Assembly (NCBI RefSeq): GCF_001457615.1
Contig: NZ_LN831024.1
Coordinates: 60,001 to 92,000 of the forward strand
Source: Pseudomonas aeruginosa
Lineage (GTDB): Bacteria > Pseudomonadota > Gammaproteobacteria > Pseudomonadales > Pseudomonadaceae
Direction of reading: 5' to 3'
DNA length: 32,000 nucleotides
The notes beneath the pieces were generated by a model. It ran no database searches. It saw only the letters and a list, made by a program, of their open reading frames with translations, and was not told the DNA's origin. This document shows positions 26,918 to 32,000 of the stretch, piece by piece. Position numbers and translations under genes: made by a program. Position 1 is the stretch's first letter, and the number at the start of each line of letters is the position of its first letter.

Positions 26918-29900
26918 GGCAGCGTCGACAGCGGCACGCGGTACAGCGCGTCGCCGGCGTCGGCGTCGCCGAACCGGACCCAGTTGGCGACGTCGTTGTG
27001 GAAGGTTTCGTAGAGGCGGATCTTCGACTCCAGTTCGTCGATGAAGTCCTGCTGTTCGGCGACGCTCAGCGACAGCCAGAGGTCCTGGGTCATGTTCAGC
27101 GACTTGCTGCGGTACGGCAGGCCTTCCAGGTATTCGCCGAGCACGCCGCTCTGCGCCAGGTTGCTGCCCTTCACCAGTTGCGCCGGGTCGCGGCTCATGT
27201 AGGCGCTGGCGCTGGCGATTTCCTGGAAGAAGTCCTTGGGCGAGGTCTGGGTGCGCTTGGCCGCGTCGACGATCAGTTTCAGCGACTGTTGCAGTTCGTT
27301 GAGTTGCAGCTTGCTCAGCAGCACGCAGACCTGGAACGCCGGCAGCGCCGGGTTGGTCAGGTCACGGTCGGCGGTCCAGGCGGTGACGACCTGCGGCGCG
27401 CGCACCGGGTCGCGGCGACCGAGGAATTCCATCTGCATGGCGTAGCCGATGGCCGCCGACTTGCTCGCCACGCTTGGCGCGGCGTCGAAGCGCGGCGCCT
27501 GCGGCTTGCGGTTGCCGGCGTCGTGGACCAGGTCGGCGAACACCGTGCCGATCTCCTTCACCGTGTTGCCGAAGGCGTTCACCTCGCCGCCGGCCACCGG
27601 GATGTAGAGGTCGGCGATCTTCGGGTTGGCGTCGGCGGTGAGGCTGCGGTACTGCTGCTCGGCGTAGCCGTGGTTGTTCTTCCCGGCCGGGGTGCGCAGG
27701 TGCAGGGCATAGATCTTCACGCCCTTGCGCAGCGCCGCCTGGCGGACCTCGGCCTCGTTCATCTGGGTGCGCCCGAGCGGGTCGTTCTTGCGCAGCGCGC
27801 CGGCGTCGGTGACCAGCAGCACCACGCGCCCGGCGTAGGGCGACCAGTCCATTTCGTCGACCGCCTGCATGATCCCGGCGAAGGCGTCTTCGTTGAACGA
27901 GTGGCTGGAGACGTCGGTGGCGCGCACCTGGCTGCTCAACTCGGCGAAGCGCTGCGCGTCGTTGCCCGGTTGCAGCGGCACCAGGGTCTTGCTGACGTAT
28001 TCCAGGCCGGGGGTCTTGTCGGTGTTGTTGCGGAAACCGACCAGGCCGAAGCTGACCTTGTCCAGGTCGCCGCGCTCGCCGATCTGCCGCTGCAGGCCGT
28101 CGATCACCTCGCGCACGCGGTCGATGTAGGGCTGCATCGACACCGAGGTGTCCACCACCAGGACGATGCCGGTGCGGAAGGTGTCGCTCGCCGCGCCGCT
28201 GGCGCCGCCCTGCCCGGCCTGGCCCGGCGCCTGGGGTGCCGCGGCGCTGCCGCCGGGGTCGATCGAGGCGACCTCCAGCAACTGCGCCGGCTGGCCGTCG
28301 GCGTCGAAGCTTTCCTTCGAGTCGAAGATCGGCAGCAGGTAGAACTGGTCCTGGGGGATCGCCCGGTCGTTGGGCTCGACCGCGACCACCTGCGGATCGC
28401 CCTTGTGATCCACCGCCTGGGTCAGGGTGTCGCGCGCTGCGCGGGTATCGCCGAGCAGGCGCTCGACCTGCTCGGCGCTGTTGAGGAACATCACCGGCGC
28501 GCGGCCGGAGCGTTCGGTGAACTTCAGCACCAGGCTCTGCTTCCAGTCGCTCACCGCGCTGGCCGGCAGCCAGCCGTCGCCCTCGCCGTTGCTGGAGGCG
28601 CCGACGCGCAGCCAGGGGCTGCCGCCGACCTGCTTGCGGGCGTACACGTAGAGCACCGAGAAGGCCGGCACCGCGCCGGCCCGGGGCGGGCCGCCAGCCT
28701 CGGCGGAGATGGCCGCGCCGGGTTTGGTCAGGACGCGCTGGAACAGGGTCTTCTTGCCTGGCATCAGCAGCGGACGCTCGCCGCCGTCCTGTTCGGCATC
28801 GGCCACCGGGGTCTGCTGCTGCGGCTTGTCCGCCGGCGTCTGTCCCAGCGGCGCTGGATCGGCAGCGCTCGGCGCGTCGCCCGAGCCCAGCAGCCACCAG
28901 GCGCCGCCGCCGATCGCCAGGAGCACGGCGGCCGCGGCGGCGGCGATCAGCGGCGTGCGGCTGCCGCCGGCACGCGGCTTCGCCGGTGGCAGCGGAGGCG
29001 GCGGGGGCGATGGCGGTTTCGCCGCTTGCGATGGCGGAGGCGGGGGCGGCGTGGCGCCGCCGGCGCTGGGCGTGACCGGCGGCAACTGGATCGATACCGG
29101 TTGCAGGCCGCCGAGGTCGGCGGGCGGCATGGGCGCGGGTTCGGCCGGCGGCGGGTTGCTCGCTCGAGGCGAGCCCTGCGGCGTCGCCAGCGGACGGATC
29201 TGGGTGGCTTCCAGGGCGCTCGGCGCCAGGCGGTCGAGGGCGGCGATCAGCGCGCCGGCGGTGGGGAAGCGCTCGGCCGGGTCCTTGGCCAGCAACTGGC
29301 GCAGGATGTCCTGGTAGCGGCCCTGTTCGATCGGCAGTTCCGGCAGCGGCTCGGTGAGGTGGGCCAGGGCGGTGGAGAGCGAATCCTTGCCGTTGTAGGG
29401 CAGCTTGCCGGTGAGGATCTCGTAGAGCACCACGCCCAGCGCGTAGAGGTCGGCGCGGCCGTCGATCTCCTGCCCGCGGGCCTGCTCCGGGCTCATGTAG
29501 CTGGGGGTGCCGACGGCGAAGCCGACCTGGGTGAACTGGGTATTGTCCTCGATCGACTTGGCGATGCCGAAGTCCGAGAGCACCGCGGTGCCGTCGGCGC
29601 GGAACAGGATATTGGCCGGCTTCACGTCTCGATGCACCAGGCCCTGGGAGTGCGCGTAGCCGAGCGCGGCGGCCACCTGCCGTACGTAGACCAGGCCCAG
29701 CTCGGGATCGAGGCCCTGCTGGATGCGCTCCTTGAGCGTGCCGTTGGGCAGGTATTCCATGGCCATGTAGTAGCAACTGCCGACGTTGCCGATGTCGTGG
29801 ATGGTCACCGTGTTCGGGTGCGACAGCCGCGCCAGGGTCCGACCTTCGCGCAGGAAGCGTTCGGCGAAGCTCGGGTCGGCGGCCAGCGCCGCGGCCATCA

Positions 29901-30012
29901 CCTTCAGCGCCACCTTGCGCTGCAGCGAGCGCTGGGTGGCCAGGTAGACCGTGGCCATGGCGCCTTCGCCCAGCTCGCGTTCGATGTCGAATCCCGGAAG
30001 TTCTATGTCCAT
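26914..30012 (-). CDS. ppkA: PpkA, T6SS serine/threonine protein kinase with von Willebrand A domain
   Basis: 1032 aa; kinase motifs (GEGAMATVYLA, VALKVM, HRDVKPANILF, SDFG, GTPSYMSPEQ), Pro-rich linker, TM segment (LIAAAAAAVLLAIGGGAWWLLG), vWA motif VDTSVSMQPYID. Confidence 0.97.
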   Translation of the reverse strand: MDIELPGFDIERELGEGAMATVYLATQRSLQRKVALKVMAAALAADPSFAERFLREGRTLARLSHPNTVTIHDIGNVGSCYYMAMEYLPNGTLKERIQQGLDPELGLVYVRQVAAALGYAHSQGLVHRDVKPANILFRADGTAVLSDFGIAKSIEDNTQFTQVGFAVGTPSYMSPEQARGQEIDGRADLYALGVVLYEILTGKLPYNGKDSLSTALAHLTEPLPELPIEQGRYQDILRQLLAKDPAERFPTAGALIAALDRLAPSALEATQIRPLATPQGSPRASNPPPAEPAPMPPADLGGLQPVSIQLPPVTPSAGGATPPPPPPSQAAKPPSPPPPPLPPAKPRAGGSRTPLIAAAAAAVLLAIGGGAWWLLGSGDAPSAADPAPLGQTPADKPQQQTPVADAEQDGGERPLLMPGKKTLFQRVLTKPGAAISAEAGGPPRAGAVPAFSVLYVYARKQVGGSPWLRVGASSNGEGDGWLPASAVSDWKQSLVLKFTERSGRAPVMFLNSAEQVERLLGDTRAARDTLTQAVDHKGDPQVVAVEPNDRAIPQDQFYLLPIFDSKESFDADGQPAQLLEVASIDPGGSAAAPQAPGQAGQGGASGAASDTFRTGIVLVVDTSVSMQPYIDRVREVIDGLQRQIGERGDLDKVSFGLVGFRNNTDKTPGLEYVSKTLVPLQPGNDAQRFAELSSQVRATDVSSHSFNEDAFAGIMQAVDEMDWSPYAGRVVLLVTDAGALRKNDPLGRTQMNEAEVRQAALRKGVKIYALHLRTPAGKNNHGYAEQQYRSLTADANPKIADLYIPVAGGEVNAFGNTVKEIGTVFADLVHDAGNRKPQAPRFDAAPSVASKSAAIGYAMQMEFLGRRDPVRAPQVVTAWTADRDLTNPALPAFQVCVLLSKLQLNELQQSLKLIVDAAKRTQTSPKDFFQEIASASAYMSRDPAQLVKGSNLAQSGVLGEYLEGLPYRSKSLNMTQDLWLSLSVAEQQDFIDELESKIRLYETFHNDVANWVRFGDADAGDALYRVPLSTLP

Positions 30013-30019
30013 GTCCGTC

Positions 30020-30748
30020 TCAGAAGGCCCTGACCACCAGGGCCGTGATGTTGTCCGGGGCGCCGCGGGTCAGGCCCAGGTGGACCAGGCTGCGGACCAC
30101 CGCATAGGGATCGCTGTGGCTGAGCACGTCGCGCAGTTCGCTGTCGTCGGCGGTCTTGTTGAGGCCGTCGCTGCAGAGCAGGAAGCTGTCGCCGGGCAGC
30201 ACGTGCAGCGCGGCTTCTGACAGTTCCAGTTGCTCGTGCACGCCGACCGCGCGGGTGACCACGTTGGCGCGCGGATGGTGGCGCGCCTCTTCCTCGCTGA
30301 TCAGTGCGTTGTCGAGCAGCTCCTGGACGTAGCTGTGGTCCCGCGAGATGGCTTCCAGCACGCCGCCGCGCAGGCGGTACAGGCGGCTGTCGCCGGCCCA
30401 CAGGCAGCTCGCCTGGTTGCCGCGCGCGGCGAGCAGTACCAGGGTGCTGCCCATCACGCTGACGCCACGCAGGCCGGCCTCCTGGCGAACCCGCTCGTTG
30501 ACCTGGGCGAGGCCGGTGCGCAACGCGCCGACATAGGCCGGTAGCGAGGAGGCCGCCGGGATGCGCCGCAGGGTATCGACGATCAGGCTGCTGACGAAGT
30601 CGCCGGCGGCGTGGCCGCCCATGCCGTCGGCGACCACCCAGAGTCCCGCCTCGGGGGCGTCGAGACTGGCGTCTTCGTTGACCTTGCGGACCATGCCGAC
30701 GTGGCTGTAGCTGGCCGACCTGTAGTAGCTGACTGAGTTGGGCACCAT
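30020..30748 (-). CDS. pppA: PppA, PP2C-family phosphatase antagonising PpkA
   Basis: 242 aa; GMVRKVNEDASLD, WVVADGMGGHAAGD and LLCSDGLNKTADDSEL are PP2C motifs. Confidence 0.96.
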   Translation of the reverse strand: MVPNSVSYYRSASYSHVGMVRKVNEDASLDAPEAGLWVVADGMGGHAAGDFVSSLIVDTLRRIPAASSLPAYVGALRTGLAQVNERVRQEAGLRGVSVMGSTLVLLAARGNQASCLWAGDSRLYRLRGGVLEAISRDHSYVQELLDNALISEEEARHHPRANVVTRAVGVHEQLELSEAALHVLPGDSFLLCSDGLNKTADDSELRDVLSHSDPYAVVRSLVHLGLTRGAPDNITALVVRAF

Positions 30749-30757
30749 CAGTTGTCC

Positions 30758-31438
30758 TTAACCGGGTATGCCGGGAAAGAGCGGGATCACCTCGCCCTCT
30801 CCGGTGAGGAATCGTCCGAACGCCGGCGCCGGCGGCAGGCCCTGGTAGCGCATCAGGCCGGCGGAGATCCGTGCCGAGCCGCGTCCCCACCAGTGGCTGG
30901 CGCCGTCGCAGGCGTGCTGGGCCAGCGCGGCGAGGCGCTGCGCCGGGGTCACCGCTTCGCTGCGCAGCAGGTTGCCGCTGATCAGCGATTGTTCGATGCG
31001 CGGTCCGCAGGGCGGTGCCGGGAGCTGCGCCACCGCCTGCTCGAAGGCCTCGACCTCGGCCTCCGGTTCGAGGGTGGAGAGCAGCAGGCTCTCGACCTGT
31101 TCGAACCAGCCGTCGTCGCCGCCGACCAGCCCGCCGAGGTCGGCGTTCGCCGGTAGCAGGCAGGCGACGGTCAGCGGGAAATAGCGACCGACCCGGTCGA
31201 TGCTCGGCATCACCACTCCGGTCACCGCTTCGCCGCCGAGCAGGCCGGGGGCGATGGCGAAGCGCCACAGCGGGCTGGTCAGGTAGGCGTCGAGCCAGGC
31301 CGCGCCGAGTTCGTCCTGGCTGGCGCGCATGCCGCTGGCCAGCCAGGCGTCCCAGGGTTCGACGAAGGTGTTCGGCAGGCCGCGGCTGACGAAATCGCCG
31401 CGGCCGGCCAGCTTGCCGTAGAAACCGACGCTGTTCAA
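30758..31438 (-). CDS. tagF1: TagF1, T6SS-associated protein (DUF2094)
   Basis: Starts at TTG 31438 (L/MNSVGFYGKLAGRGDFVSRGLPNTFVEPWDAWLASGM), the TagF N-terminal signature; overlaps the tssM1 stop. Confidence 0.92.
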   Translation of the reverse strand: MNSVGFYGKLAGRGDFVSRGLPNTFVEPWDAWLASGMRASQDELGAAWLDAYLTSPLWRFAIAPGLLGGEAVTGVVMPSIDRVGRYFPLTVACLLPANADLGGLVGGDDGWFEQVESLLLSTLEPEAEVEAFEQAVAQLPAPPCGPRIEQSLISGNLLRSEAVTPAQRLAALAQHACDGASHWWGRGSARISAGLMRYQGLPPAPAFGRFLTGEGEVIPLFPGIPG

Positions 31439-32000
31439 AGGCGCTCCGGGAGGCTGAAGCCGGACACGACCCGGCTCTTGAAGGGGTTGAAGGCGCTGCT
31501 GGCGCGCAGCTCGCAGGCGATGCTGGAGCCGTCGATGCGCAGCCGCAGGGTGAAGCGGTCCGGCGAGTTGCCGCGTTCCAGGTCCGACTGGTCGAGCAGG
31601 CGGAACCAGGCCCAGGGGCCTTCCAGGGTCAGGCCGGAACGGCCGCTGCTGGGCGGCGGCGTCACGGTCAGGCGGACCACGCCGAGGCCGTTGGCGCTCG
31701 GCCACTGCATCGCCACCGGGCGGGCGGGGCCGTGGTCGTAGGTCAGCTGCTGGCCGTCGAGGTCGAGGATGAACTGGCTGATCGCCGCGTCCATGGTCAC
31801 CGGCTTGAGTTCGAAGCGCACCGCCGGCTGCATGCCGCCGGAGCGGAAGAAGGCGTCGCGGATCGCCGCTGCGCGCTGGAAGGTGTGCAGCACGCCGGGG
31901 TTGATGCCGAGCTTCTGCGCCGCGCCGGGCTGCCAGCGCCAGGTGCTGGCGGAGGTGTCGACGTAGGGTTGCAGGTACTGGCGGAAGTAGCTGTCCATCA
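31435..32000 (-). CDS. tssM1: TssM1/IcmF1 C-terminal part (truncated by the window edge)
   Basis: FRQYLQPYVDTSASTWRWQPGAAQKLGINPGVLHTFQRAAAIRDAFF...FELKPVTMDAAISQFILDLDGQ is the IcmF C-terminal region. Confidence 0.93.
   Translation of the reverse strand, partial: MDSYFRQYLQPYVDTSASTWRWQPGAAQKLGINPGVLHTFQRAAAIRDAFFRSGGMQPAVRFELKPVTMDAAISQFILDLDGQQLTYDHGPARPVAMQWPSANGLGVVRLTVTPPPSSGRSGLTLEGPWAWFRLLDQSDLERGNSPDRFTLRLRIDGSSIACELRASSAFNPFKSRVVSGFSLPERL

Noticed and set aside
27362-29776. 804-aa minus-strand ORF in a different frame within ppkA
   Set aside because: Out-of-frame read of ppkA; Arg/Pro-rich and featureless.
26548-30033. 1161-aa plus-strand ORF opposite ppkA
   Set aside because: The largest ORF in the window but entirely antisense to the unmistakable PpkA kinase; Arg/Ala/Gly/Val-rich codon-bias artefact.
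1-32000. CRISPR arrays, tRNA/rRNA genes, insertion sequences or prophage genes
   Set aside because: No regularly spaced direct repeats, tRNA-like cloverleaf sequences, transposase/integrase motifs or phage structural genes were seen on reading. Subtle sRNAs cannot be excluded without RNA data.

Overview
This 32 kb window is high-GC Pseudomonas aeruginosa chromosome. Gene order and the protein sequences match, from memory, the PAO1 PA0045-PA0077 region. From left to right it contains: a three-gene lipoprotein operon (CsgG-like, DUF4810-like, DUF799/GNA1162-like); an XRE regulator; a secreted protein that resembles pyroglutamyl peptidase; two tandem Cys-rich micro-secreted-peptide genes that fall below the supplied ORF cutoff; an AT-rich region followed by phzH; a cupin; a Doc/Fic toxin with a small upstream partner; KptA/Tpt1; DUF1993; LysR; an MBL hydrolase; a DsbA-like protein; OsmC; DUF1161; two tandem paralogous lipoproteins; a COG4324-type aminopeptidase; a membrane protein; a HAD phosphatase; a gamma-carbonic anhydrase-like protein; prlC; a YheV-like protein; and a radical SAM protein behind a near-perfect LexA box. 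The right third is the regulatory arm of the H1 type VI secretion system (tagQRST-ppkA-pppA-tagF-tssM), transcribed leftward. The best candidates for undescribed biology are: (1) the tandem peptide pair at 5256-5396 and 5458-5595, with mature pattern C-x9-C-x9-C-E-C-P; (2) the divergent Pcp-fold-like secreted protein whose expected catalytic Cys reads as Ser; and (3) the Doc-type toxin with a 56-aa partner that does not look like Phd. PA numbers and family assignments come from recognition, not from a database search.
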